Shown here piece after piece: positions 1 to 12,345 of a DNA stretch of 64,000 nt. The translations under genes and the position numbers were made by a program. The DNA is from Squalus acanthias (lineage: Eukaryota), in contig CM059432.1 of the NCBI GenBank assembly GCA_030390025.1, positions 74,030,001-74,094,000 of the forward strand, given 5' to 3'. The notes under the pieces were generated by a model, which was not told the origin of the DNA, searched no databases, and worked only from the letters and a program-made list of their open reading frames with translations. Each line of letters starts with the position of its first letter. Position 1 is the first letter of the stretch.

Positions 1-600
1 TATCTGAACAGAATCTAGGAGAACAGTTAGGCAGGTGGCCAAAGGTATATTGAGAAGTGGGCTTTGGAGAGGCATTTGAAAGAGGGCAGGGCATTGTGGC
101 TGAAAACTCTCTACAAATGAGTGGGGGAGCGATGTAGGGAAAGAGAATGCAGCAGACCAGTCAGAAGAGTTGGCATACTAGGATATAGGGCTGGCAAAAC
201 AAAGCCATAGAGCTTTTGAAAACATTGACCTAAAAATCTTTACCTATGTGCCTGGGAGTAGAGAGCCAGTGGAGGTTGTTGAGGATGGGATAGTGCAGGA
301 CTGCTGAGATGAGATTACAATTACCAAGTTCTAGGTAAGTTGGAGTTTAAAGGTCGAGAGAGGGAGCACAGAAGAGACAGTGGAGGATGATCATGATGAA
401 TGCCACAGAACGGTTGGTGAACGATAGTGTGCTGTTGTAGCCATGTCTGATGTGAACTTTTACCAAGCTGTCTAGCTGTTGTGGATGGAATGAAAATCAG
501 ACTGAAGGAATTCAAACCAGGAATGGTTGGAGAAGTGGGCTTGGAGTTTGGTGGCATTGACCTGTCTGATGGGGAGGTTAGAAATGGGCAGGAATAAGAA
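1..600 (-). mobile_element. Highly decayed L2-like LINE fragment
   Basis: Purine-rich stretch resembling the reverse strand of old L2 ORF2 sequence; no readable protein motif. Confidence 0.3.
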
Positions 601-691
601 AAGGGTTTGCAACTTCGCTTATAGTTATAAATTAAATAGGAACATGCTGCTGTTCAATGGTGAGGCTTAATCAAACTTTTTTCTATCATAA

Positions 692-796
<105 letters not shown>

Positions 797-1086
797 TAAC
801 TTTTTAATTAACATGTATGCCAAGCTAGCAAAAGCTGACTGGCTTCAAAAGAACTGACTATACTTAAGAGCAGTTTTTGAACTATGACGGGAAGACATGG
901 AGCTAGACTGATGGCAGTTATAGCCTAAACTGTAGGTATTCTCAACATTCCATTACTTTTATGCAGTACACAAAAGCACAATTGATAGTGATTTAGAAAC
1001 TACCGAAGAGAATGTGTGCTGAAGGCATGAAAATTATTTTCAGTGAAGGAATGTCCCCACAGAATATTTTGATTTTTGACAGCTGA

Positions 1087-2833
1087 TTTCTATAGGCATA
1101 TAAATAGTAAATGGGTAGTAAAAGGAGGGGTGGGGCTGATTAGGGACCAAAAAGGAGACCTACATATGGAGGCAGAGGGCATGGCTGAGGTACTAAATGA
1201 GTACTTTGCATTTGTCTTTACCAAGGAAGATGATGTTGCCAAAGTCATAGTGAAAGAGGAGGTAGTTGAGATACTGGATGGACTAAAAATTGATAGAGGA
1301 AGTACTAGAAAGGCTGGCTGTGCGGACCGGATGGGATGCATCCTTGAATACTAAGGGAAGTAAAGGTGGAAATTGCGGAGGTACTGGCCATAATCTTCCA
1401 ATCCTCCTTAGATGTGGGAGTGGTGCCTTAGGACTGGAGAATTGCAAATGTGTTAGCCTTATTCAAAAAAGGGTGAAAGGATAAACCCAGCAACTACAGG
1501 TCAGTCAGTTTAACCTCGATAGTGGGGAAGCTTTTAGAAACTATAATCCAGCACCATTAAGTTACTTGGACAAGTGTGGATTAATTAAGGAAAGCCAGCA
1601 TGGATTTGTTAAAGGCAAATAGTGTTTAACTAACTTGATTGAAGTTTTTGTTGAGGTAACAGAGGGTTGAGGGCAATGCAGTTGGTGGTGTGCATGGACT
1701 TCCAAAAAGCATTTAAGTGTCACATAATAGGCATGCCAGCAAAGTTGAAGCCCATGGAATAAAAGGGACAGTGGCAGCATGGAGATGAAATTGGCTAAGT
1801 GACAGGAAACAGTAGTGGTGAACGGTTGTTTATCAGACTGGAGGAAGGTACACAGTGGTGTTGCCCTAGGGATCGGTACTAGGACCACTGCTTTTCTTGA
1901 TATATATTAATGACTTGGGTGTACAGGGCACAATTTGCAGATGAGACAAAACTTGGAAATATAGTGAGGAGGATAGTGATAGACTTCAGGAGGACATAGA
2001 CAGGCTGGTGGAATGGGCGGACACACGGCAGATTAAATTTAACACAGAAAAGTGCGAAGTGATACATTTTGGTAGGAAGAGCAAGGAGAGGCAATATAAA
2101 CTAAAGGATACAATTCTAAAGGGGGTGCATAAACAGACCTGTGGGTATATGTGCACAAATCGTTGAAGGTGGCAGGGCAGGTTGAGAAAGCGGCTAAAAA
2201 AGCATACGGAATCCTGGACTTCAAATAGGCAGAGTACAAAAGCAAGGAAGTTATGATTTAACCTTTATAAAACACTGGTTCGGCCTCCATTGGAGTATTG
2301 TGTCCAATTCTGGGCAGCACACTTTAGGAAGGATGTGAAGGTCTTGGAGAGGGTTTAGAAAAGATTTACGAGAATGGTTCCAGGGATGAGGGACTTCAGT
2401 TACGTAGATAGACTGGAGAAGCTGGGGTTGTTCTCCTTAGAGCAGAGAAGGTTGAGAGGAGATTTGATAGAGGTGCTCAATATCATGAGGGGTCTGGACA
2501 GAGTAGATAGAGAGAAACTGTTCCCATTGGTGGAAGGGTGGATAACCAGAGGACACAGATTTAAGGTGATTGACAGAAGAACGAAAGGCGACATGAGGGA
2601 AAACTCTTTTATGCAGCGAGCGGTTAGGATCTGGAATGTACTGAGGGTGGTGGAGGCAGTCTGAATTGTGGCTTTCAAAAGGGAATTGGATAAGTACCTG
2701 AAGGAAAATAATTTGCAGGGCTACGGGGAAAGGGCGGGGGAGTGGGACTAGCTGAATTGCTCTTGCAGAGAGCCGGCACAGGCTCGATTGGCCTCCTTCT
2801 GTGCTGTAACCATTCTATGATTCTAAGATTCTA
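1087..2833 (+). mobile_element. 5'-truncated CR1 LINE (tail family A), decayed RT region plus 3' UTR
   Basis: ORF fragments FYRHINSK...AEVLNEYFAFVFTKED and RLEKLGLFSLEQRRLRGDLIEV; ends in ctgtgctgtaacc(ATTCTATG-like repeats), a CR1-type tail. Confidence 0.9.
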
Positions 2834-3880
2834 TTTACTGTATTGGTATTTTGGAGCCTATAGTAATTTTGACTGTAGCTCCATAGAATGTTTTAAGTTT
2901 AAAAAGAAAAGTCATCATTACGACTTTATTTCTAAACTTTGGTGGTTTCTGCAAGTGCAGTGACCGAAATTGTCAAATAAAGCCACTTATTTTATTAATC
3001 CCTGTGAAGCTCCATCATATCAAAGCAGCTGCAACCAGTATTGAAGTAAATACAATTTCACCTAGGACAAGAGACGTGCATTCCCCAGAAAGTTCCTTTT
3101 GAGAATAATAAATTTTCGGAAGCTGATATTTAATTTGAGGACAAATGATAAATAAACACAGCTGTAACTCTGACTCAAACAAAAAGCTCATTGAAACATG
3201 GCTCATGGATGAGGCAGAAAATTTTAAGTCCATGCCAGGATGTCAATATAATCATTCGCAATGAGATTGTGAATGGAAAAGGTTTTTTCCTTTAATGAGT
3301 GGACATTCTGAAAGGAAATGTAAAGACGAGCAGTGATTTGTTGATCTAGCAAAGAGATCAGTGTTGGTTGGTGAGTTTGGCGAAGATGATGGAGCTGCCA
3401 GGGTGACTGCGCTTAATCTCTTAACCCCTCTTCATTTTGATGACTCACTGATCAATGGAAATAGTTTTTCACTGTCGTCCCCACTACTTCATACGCCCAT
3501 ATTTAAATAGGGCATTCGCTCATATTGGCCAAAAAGCAATTATTCATTTGTATTAACGTCAATTTCAAAGTTGTTGCTAAAAGAGTCTTGAGTGCTTTGT
3601 ATATTTTGGGCAGAAACAGCTATGCTTACTCACAGTGCGCACCTCATTAAGATTTCTCTTTCATTAAATCCACCTCTGTATCCAGTCCTTTCTTCTAGTT
3701 TGGTATACTTTTGCATTATTGCACTCTGATCTTCTTCCCAAATCAAATTCCCACAGGTTTTACACTGCCAATCATTGGCATTGAAAAAGATACAGCTTCT
3801 TCCTGCAAGAGTCTTTCCAATTTTTGTTGCTCCAGCCTTTTAGTTTGCTGCGAGGTGGAACGAATTTTATTTTACAAATG

Positions 3881-4265
3881 GAAAGAAAGAAAGACTTGCA
3901 TTTCTATCGTGCCTTTCATGACCACCGGATGTCTCAAAGCGCTTTACAGCCAATGAAGTACTTTTTTTTGAAGTGTAGTCACTTGTAATGTAGAAAATGC
4001 GGCAGCCAATTTGCACACAGGAAGCTCCCACAAACAGCAATGTGATTATGTTGGGGTCATCTGTTTTTTTGTGATGTTAATTGAGGGATAAATATTGACT
4101 AGGACACCAGGAATAACTCCCATGCTCTTCTTCGAAATAGTGCCATAGGATCTTTTACATCCACCTGAGAGCAGATGGGACCTTGGTTTAACGTCTCATC
4201 TGAAAGACTGCACCTCCGACAGTGTAGCACTCACTCAGTACTGCACTGAAGTGTAAGCCTAGATT
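3881..4265 (-). mobile_element. DeuSINE-like SINE (SacSINE1/AmnSINE1 superfamily), partial
   Basis: The minus strand carries a Deu-domain-like stretch (gaagaagagcatgggagttattcctggtgtcctagtcaatatttatccctca) and a 3' tail (aaagcgctttgagacatcc...aaatgcaagtctttc) similar to the L2 3' end at 58785-58839. Confidence 0.75.
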
Positions 4266-4403
4266 GATGTAATGTAACGGCCGGTATAACGCTTTTCGTC
4301 GACATCTGATCGACTCCCATTGCAGTGGCTGGAAATCGGGGGTATGCGGCTGGCTCCTTGCAGAAAGAAAGAGAAAATACAGGGAGAGAGAAAATAACTA
4401 TCT

Positions 4404-4740
4404 TCAGATGTTATACCGGCCAAATGTGCCAGCTAGAAGCAGTTGGGACTGTAACCTCACCAAAACCCTTAATTTTGAACATCTATCAGATCTCCTCTTG
4501 ATCTTCTTTGCTCTAATGAAGAGTCCCAGTTTCTCTCGTCTTCTCGTAACTAAAGCTTTCATCCCTGCTATCATATGGAATCTCTTCTGCACCTTCTCCA
4601 TGGCCTTGACCTCTAAGGTAAGGTACCCAATACTCGATGCAGTTTTTCAAACTGTGGCCTATCCAATGATTTGTCTTTTTTTATTGCCTCTTTGCTTTTG
4701 TAAAACAGCTTTGTCAACTTGTCTACTGACTTTTATAGAG
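4404..4740 (-). mobile_element. Decayed CR1 RT C-terminal fragment
   Basis: MEKVQKRF...EKLGLF motif on the minus strand. Confidence 0.6.
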
Positions 4741-5514
4741 ATGTGTCTGACTTTTATCAACTCTAAGTTTTGTCATTTAGTCTGCATCCTAAGTACCTTA
4801 AACTCAGCATGATACCTATCCCTATTTTGGAGTTTTCTTTTTTAATTTGTCAATGTATTTCTGCTTAAGTCTGATTAATCCTCGTACGTGACAAGTTAGT
4901 CACTGTCATGGTTTTACTTTGCATTCTTTTTAAGAACATAAGAAATAGGAGTAGGCCCTTCGAGCCTGCTCCACCATTCAATAAGATCATGGCTGATCTT
5001 CTACCTCATCTCCACTATCCCCATATCCCTTGATCCCCTTAGTATCCCAAAATCTATCAATCTGCCTTGAATATACTCAACAACTGAGTATCCACAGCCC
5101 TCTGGGGTGGAGAATTCCAAAGATTTACAACCCTTTGCATGAAGAAATTTCTTCACATCTCAGTTCTAAGTGGCTGACCCTTCTTCTGAGACTGTGACCC
5201 CTGGTTCTGGACGCCACAGCCAGGGGAAACATCCTCCCAGAATCTACTGTCAAGCCCCTTAAGAATTTTACATGTTTCAATGAGATCACCTCATTCTTCT
5301 AATCTCTAGGGAATATAGATCTAGACTACTCCATCTTTTCCTCATATGACAATCCCCTCATCCCAGGAATCAGTCTAGTGAACCTTCATTGTGCACTCTA
5401 AGGCAAGTATATTCTTCCTTGGGTAAGGAGACCAAAACTGTACACAGTACTCCAGGTGTGGTCTCCCCAAGGCCCTATATAATAGCAGTAAGACTTCTTT
5501 ACTCTTGTACTCCA

Positions 5515-6564
5515 CTGGCTGGAGTCATACCTAGCACAAAGGAAGATGGTTGTGGTGGTTGGAGATCAATCATCACAGCCCCAGGGCATCGCTGCAGGAG
5601 TTCCTCGGGCAGTGTCCTAGGCCCAACCATCTTCAGCTGCTTCATCAATGACCTTCCCTCCAACATAAGGTCAGAAGTGGGGATGTTCGCTGATTGCGCA
5701 GTGTTCAGTGCCATTTGCAACTCCTCTGATAATGAAGCAGTCCATGCCTGCATGCAGCAAGACCTGGACGACATTCAGGCTTGGGCTGATAAGTGGCGGG
5801 TAATATTCGCGCCACACAAGTGCTAGGCAGTGACTACCTCCAACAAGTGAGCGTTTAACCACTGCCCCTTGACATTCAATGGCATTACCATCGCCGAATC
5901 CCCCATCATCAATATCCTGGGGGGTCACCATTGATCAGAAACTTAACTGGACCAGCCACACACACACTGTGGCAACAAGAGCAGGTCAGAGGCTGGGTAT
6001 TCTGTGGCAAGTGTCTTGCCTCCTGACTCCCCAAAGCCTTTCCACCATCTACAAGGCACAAGTCAGGAGTGTGATGGAATACACTCCACTTGCCTGGATG
6101 AGCGCAGCTCCAACAACACTGAAGAAGCTCGACACCATCCAAGACAAAGCAGCCCGCTTGATTGGCACCCCATTCACTCCCTCCACCACCGGCGTACCGT
6201 GGCTGCAGTGTGTACCATCTACAAGATATACTGCAGCAACTTGCCAAGGCTTCTTCGGCAGCACCTCCCAAACCTGCAACCTCTACCACCGAGAAGGACA
6301 AAGGCAGCAGGTGCATGAGAACACCACCTCCAAGTTCCCCTCCAAGTCACACTATCCTGACTTGGAAGTATATCGCCGTTCCTTCATCGTCGCTGGGTCA
6401 AAATCCTGGAACTCCCTCCCTAACAGCACTGGGAGTACCTTCACCACACTGACTGCAGCGGTTCAAGAAGGTGGCTCACCACCATCTTAAAGGGCAATTA
6501 GGGATGGGCAATAAATGCTGGCCTTGCCAGTGATGTCTACATTCCATAATAAATAAAAAATAAA
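5515..6564 (+). mobile_element. Nested 5'-truncated LINE of a second family (RT core to 3' tail)
   Basis: GSVLGPTIFSCFINDLP...MFAD and LSTIYKAQVRSVMEY motifs; A-rich tail; flanked by a 7-bp duplication TACTCCA (5508-5514 and 6565-6571). Confidence 0.9.
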
Positions 6565-6702
6565 TACTCCAATCCCTTTGTAGTAAAGGCTAACGTAACA
6601 TTTGCTTTCCTAATTGCTTGCTGAACCTGCATGTTAACTTTGTGATTTGTGTACAAGGACACCCAGGTCCCTCTGAATACCAACATCTCCCAGTCTCTCC
6701 CT

Positions 6703-6752
6703 TAATAAATAATAAATAATAAATAATTAAATAATAAATAAATAAATAAATA
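6703..6752. repeat. (TAAA/TAA)n AT-rich tandem repeat
   Basis: Read directly from the sequence. Confidence 0.85.
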
Positions 6753-7524
6753 TTCTGCTTTTCTATTCCTACCAAAGTGGATAACTTCAGTTATTCACAT
6801 TATATTCCATCTGCCATGTTCTAGTCCACTCACTTAACCTGTCTATATCCCATTGCAGCCTATTTGCGTTCTCCTCACAACTTACCTTTCCACCTAACTT
6901 TGTTTCGTCCGCAAACTTGGATACAGTCCACTCATCTAAGTCATTGATATAGATTGTAAATAGTTGGTCAAGCACTGATCCTTACGGTACCCCATTAGTT
7001 ACAGCCTGCCAACTCAAAAATGACCTGTTTATTCCTACCTGTTTTCTGTCGGTTAACCAATCCTCAATCCATGTTAATATATTACCCCCCAATCCCATGA
7101 GCCCTATCTTTGTGTTGTAACCTCTTGTCTGGCACCTTACCGAATCCTTTTTGAAAATCCAAATACACTACATCTCAATGTTCTTTGCTAATCTCTGAGC
7201 ACCACCCAATTCAAATTGAGGCCATCCATCCTATTTACAAAAAAGCTTGTTACCCAGGGAAAGTCTTGCAGTGGTCAATGAATTTCAGTCTCTCCCTCTT
7301 ACCCATGTCTTCCAGCCACATGTTGGACTAGAAATTCCCTACCTTAGCGCCACCCGTTTGCGCTGCTGTCCTGGCGAAAAATGGCAGCCGCCACTCTAAC
7401 GCCCTTCTCTGGCATGGGACTCAGTGGCCACCATTTTGGTGAGGGCCTTAGCGATGTCAATAGCAGCGCTGGCCCTGGAGCTGCAAATGGGGATGCCGAC
7501 TTAACGTCACGCTCTGCGAACTTA

Positions 7525-7957
7525 TAGAAACATAGAAACATAGAATCTAGGAGCAGGAATAGTCCATTCGGCCCGTTGAGCCTGCTCCACCATTCAATAC
7601 GATCATGGCTGATCATCCAAGTCCAGTACCCTGTCCCTGCTTTAATCCCCACAGTACACATATCCCACCCTACCCCCGTAACCCCACGTATTTAATTCCC
7701 CCTAACATATCCCATCCTATCCCCATAATCCCACATATTTAATCCCCCCCCTAACACTAAGGGTCAATTTATCATAGCCAAATCAACCTAACCCGCACAT
7801 TTTTGGACTGTGGGAGGAAACCGGAGCACCCGGAGGAAACCCACGCAGACACGGGGAGAATGTGCAAACTCCACACACAGTCACCCGAGGTCAGATTCGA
7901 ACCCGGGTCCCTGGCGCTGTGAGGCACCAGTGCTAACCACTATGCCACCGCGTTGCC
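7525..7957 (-). mobile_element. HE1-like V-SINE (tRNA head, V domain, CR1-derived tail)
   Basis: Minus strand shows A box TGGCATAGTGG, B box GGTTCGAATCT, V-domain tgtgtggagtttgcacattctccccgtgtctgcgtgggtttcctccggg, and a tail ending (TTTCTATG)n like the CR1 at 24730-24817; TTA on both sides. Confidence 0.88.
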
Positions 7958-8195
7958 TTAACGCTGAGTTCAATGCTGGGTCCTAAGCTCGCTCTGAAAA
8001 GCGAGCATTTAGCAGACTGACAGACACCGTCAGCACTGTTTAAAGGGACGCACATCTTTTAGGTAAGTTTGCATTTAAGCGCTTGGACTGGATTTTTAAA
8101 ATTTTATTAAAGTGGCTTGGTGCAATACATGAAGATTTTTGAGTGCTGCTGGACGCTTGCAAGGCCTCGGATGGTAAAGGAAGGCCTCTGAGGAC

Positions 8196-8331
8196 AGAAA
8201 ATGCTGGAAATACTTAGCAGGTCAGGCAGCGTCCGTGGAGAGAGAAACAGAGTTCACGTCTCTGGTCGAGATGCTACCTGAGCTGAGTATTTCCAGCATT
8301 TACTGCTTTTTATTTCCGATTTACAGCATCC
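8196..8331. mobile_element. Fold-back (inverted) Penelope-like terminal fragment
   Basis: cagaaaatgctggaaatacttagc...gctgagtatttccagcatttactg inverted arms; same sequence as 17810-17880 and 63290-63400; GGAC on both flanks. Confidence 0.7.
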
Positions 8332-9899
8332 GGACGCAGAAGAGGAGGACACAGCCCCTTTCTGGCCGCATATCTGGGATGGAATCATCCGCCTGTGGTA
8401 CCAGTGAACACAACCCCAGTTCCCCTTTCAACATTTGTCCCACACCTTACCTTACCTTCCCTTCCCTCTGTTACTGACTATCACAGCATCCTCTTGGTCA
8501 CAATATGGAAATGAAAGCCACCACAAAGCAAACTTTCCAAAACAACTTTATCCATATATGAATCCAATATTACATCAAAAAATCAACTAATCACTCTTGT
8601 GCATTCCCCTAGTGACTCTCTTTTGTGTGTGCCTTTGCCTATCCTACTGATGTCACGCAGTGCTACCCCAGTGGCTGCAGCATGGCTGGTGGAAGGCTGC
8701 TGACTTTCAGTGGGACACTGCAAACGGCCTTGCTGGTCGACCTTGAGGAGCTGGTGGCTGGGAGTGTCAAATCAAGTGACGCTGCTGCTTCACTCACTGC
8801 TCCTTCCACTTGGCCAACCACTGGCTGGGCAGGCTGCATTTCTTGGGTGTGAAATGAGGAAGGCACAACGGTGGAGTTGTGGTGACAGGAGGGCAGGAAA
8901 GCAAGAGGTGCATGCGAGAAGGAGGATAACCTATAAGGATTCCAGCATCTTGTATCCTTTCAGCCCTGCCAAAGGCTCAACCGTGCCCCTGCCAAGAATG
9001 GCCAGCACCGTCTCCACTAGGAGTGAGATGAAGCTAGGAATGGGAGGTGTGCCTCGTGATGGATTTGGTGATCTGGTCCCACATCCTTCTTTCTGGAGGG
9101 CCTCCTGGCCCCTGTGGGTAGAGGGACCTCTCTTGCAGTGTTGACCCCTTGCACGAAGCTGGAGTGGTGTGTGAGAGACACTGGGTGCCCTTACCCTGGC
9201 TTGCTGAGGCATTTGTTAGTGCTGAAGCACTTTTCCCAGTTTTTAGGTGCAGAAGGTAATTTAGCTTTAAGAGCTGAAGGCTCCCATTTGGGAATTCTTT
9301 TTAATTTTTTTTTCAGAAGGCAGTTCAGCTGTAAGGGCTAAAAACTGACTTTTTTTGTTTCGGGAGGCAGTTCCCCTTTTAAGAGGCAGAATTGCTTTCT
9401 GAAATAATGGCCTTGCTTTAAGAGCAGGCTGTTCTTGCTGCAATGATGCTATGGCCATGCTACATGGGGGGGCCTCCTGCTGTCATTGGTACCAACTTAA
9501 ACCTTTCAAAAGTAATGACATAACTTCCAAATGTCAAAGCTGTTGACCTCTACAGAGACTCTTGCATGAAATTCATGTAGCTCACGTGGCCAGCTGTTTG
9601 GATATAATATTTGGTTAATTCACTCCACGTCCTGGTTGGATTCCCCTTGGAGCCAGTCCTGTAACTGCACATTAAGCACCACTGCATTGAGGTGAGTGTA
9701 AGGGTTGTGATGAGGCACAATGGATGCAGTACGTTTACTCTTCGCCAGATGTTCTGGAGGTGCTTTTGTGCATCCTTCCAGGCTCACTTGCCGAGAAGGA
9801 CAAAATATGAATGGAATGCATATAACTAGTGAGGAAATTAAGCAAAAATTGTTACCAAATACCTGTTTAATTATATTCAACTTAATGTGAAATTGAAAC

Positions 9900-11470
9900 T
9901 TAGAAACATAGGAGCAGGAGTAGGCCGTTCGGCTCTTCGAGCCTGCTCTGCCATTCAATATGATCATGGCTGATCCTCTATCTCAATACCATATTCCTGC
10001 TCTCTCCCCATACCCCTTGATGCCTTTTGTGTCTAGAAACCTATCTTATCTCAAATATATTCAGTGACTTGGCCTCCACAGCCTTCTGTGGCAGAGAATT
10101 CCACAGGTTCACCACCCTCAGTGAAGAAATGTCTCCATCTCCGTCCTAAATGTCCTACTCTGTATCCAGAGACTGACCCCCTGTTCTAGACCTCCCCCAG
10201 CCAGGGGAAAACATCCTCTCTGCATCCAGTCTGTCTAGCCTTGTCAATTTTATACGTTTCAATGAGATCCCCTCTCATTCTTCTAAACTCTAGTGAATGC
10301 AGGCCTAGTCGACCCAATTTCTCCTCATACGACAGTCCTGCCATCCCAGGAATCAGTTTGGTGAACCTTCGCTGCACTCCCTCTGGCAAGTATATCCTTT
10401 CTTGGGTAAGGAGACCAAAACTGCGCACAGTACTCCAGGTGTGGTCTCACCAAGGCCCTGTATAACTGTAGGAAGACATCCTTGCTCCTGTACTCAAATC
10501 CTCTTGCAATGAAGGCCAATATACCATTTGCCTTCCTAACTGCTTGCTGCACCTGCATGTTTGCTTTCAGTGACTGGTGTACAAGGACACGCAGGTCCCT
10601 TTGTACATCAACATTTCCCAATCTATCACCATTTAAATAATACTCTGCCTTTCTGTTTTTCGTACCGACGTGGATAACTTCACATTTATCCACGTTATAC
10701 TGCATCTACCATGTATTTGCCCACTCACTCAACTTGTCTATATCCCTTTGCAGCCTTTAATTTAAATTTTTTAACATTATTCCTTGCTTTGGCCTTAATC
10801 TCTGCTGCACTGCTACCGTTAAACTCTGTCCCTTCCTGTCACACTCTGCTTATTTTTACCCAAATCGCTACACTGCTCTATTGCCTTGACCTTTCTCTTT
10901 AGATTTCTAAATTTCCCCTCACCTGACCCCCCCCCCCCCTCTTTTAGTTTAACACCCTAACTACAGCCCTAGTTATTCGATTCGCCAGGATGCTGGTCCC
11001 AGCCCAGTTTAAGTGGAGCCTGTCCCGACTGAACAGCTCCCTCTTTCCCCAGTACTGGTGCCAGTGCCCCATGAATTGAAACCCCTTCTTCCCACACCAC
11101 TCTTTGAGCCACACATTTAACACTCTCATCTGCTTGACCCTATGCCAATTTGCATGTGGCTCAGATAGTAATCCAAAGATTATTACCCTTGAGTTTCTGC
11201 TTATTAATTTAGACCCTAGCTCCTCCAACTCCTCAGCAGAACCTCATTCTTAGTTCTACCAATGTCATTGGTTCCTACATGGACCATGACAACCGGATCC
11301 TCCCCCTCCCACTCCAAGTTCTTCTCCAGGCACAAGGAGATATCCTTGACCCTATCGGACAACACAGCCCTCAGGACTGTCTTTTGCAGCTGCAGAGAAC
11401 AGTAGCTATCTCCTGACTATACTGTCCCCTATTACTGCCACATTCCTTCCTTCTCCTTCCCTCATCTCTC

Positions 11471-11501
<31 letters not shown>

Positions 11502-12345
11502 ACTTTGATGTCCCCTGTACCACGGTGCCGTGGTCAGTTTGCCCATCCTCCCTGCAGTCATTTTCCTCATCCATACAGGTAGCAACTACCTCGTACCTGT
11601 TGGACAAGGTCCAGGGCTGAGGCTCCTCCATCACTACATCCTGGGTCCCCATACCTTCCTGACTCGCAGTCACGCTCCTGTCCCTGACTAACTCTAAAGT
11701 ACTACTTAACCGAAAGGGTGTGATGACCTCCTGAAACAATGTGTCCAGGTAACTTCCCCTTCCCTGATGCATCGCAATGTCTGCAGCTCGGACTCCAGCT
11801 CAACAATTCTGAGCCGAACTTCCTCGAGTTGCAGACACTTGATGCAGATGTGGTTGCTCTGGATCGTGATGCTCTCCACAAACTCCCACATGCTGCAGTT
11901 ACAACCTGCCCTGCCATCTCTAACCTTGTTTTATTTATTAATTAGTTAAAGCTTTTATTCAATTATTTTAGTTTTGTTTTATTTTATCTAGGTTGTTGTT
12001 TTAAGTACTAGCAAGTTGCAGTTTCTCAGCTCTTAATTTAACCACCTTTCCTAATTTAGAGAGCAAAAAAAACTAATACTCACCAACCAATCACCTACCT
12101 GCTCTCCTATGACGTCACTGATTTTTTGGTTTTGAATTGGAGTCGCTGCTTTAATTCAGGTCCGTCTCGGGCCGCTCTTTATCCTCTTGCCGCTGTCGCT
12201 GCTTTAATTCAGGTCCGTCTCGGGCCGCTCTTTATCCTTTTGCCGCTGCTCCGTTTAACTGCTGGCGCCTCGGTGCTGCTGCCGATTAGGTCCGCTCTGG
12301 TCTCAGCCTCCCGCTCAATTAGAAGTGCTGCTGCCGCTCAGGTCC
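9900..12345 (-). mobile_element. CR1 LINE (family B) with 5' UTR and ORF1 but most of ORF2 deleted
   Basis: Tail at 9900; RT C-terminus (LYRALVRPHLEYCAQFWSP); junction near 10755; ORF1 fragments MWEFV...HICIKC, and WGKRELFSRDRLHLN (10944-11917); CpG-rich tandem 5' UTR at 12140-12340. Confidence 0.88.

Larger units (their letters stand above)
4933..7174 (-). mobile_element. CR1 LINE (tail family B, HER1-like) 3' portion, split by a nested LINE
   Basis: Begins with the reverse-complement tail aagaacataagaaataggag; [11 protein letters not shown]...SKFADETKLGG RT motif at 6787-6975. Confidence 0.88.
7325..9480. mobile_element. Probable deleted Harbinger-like DNA transposon remnant hosting a SINE and a Penelope fragment
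   Basis: Left end ggactagaaatt resembles the GGGCCAGAA(A)TT TIRs at 35593 and 47424; CpG-rich arm; 8332-8406 reads like an acidic transposase C-terminus ending ...WDGIIRLWYQ*. No right TIR found. Confidence 0.35.
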
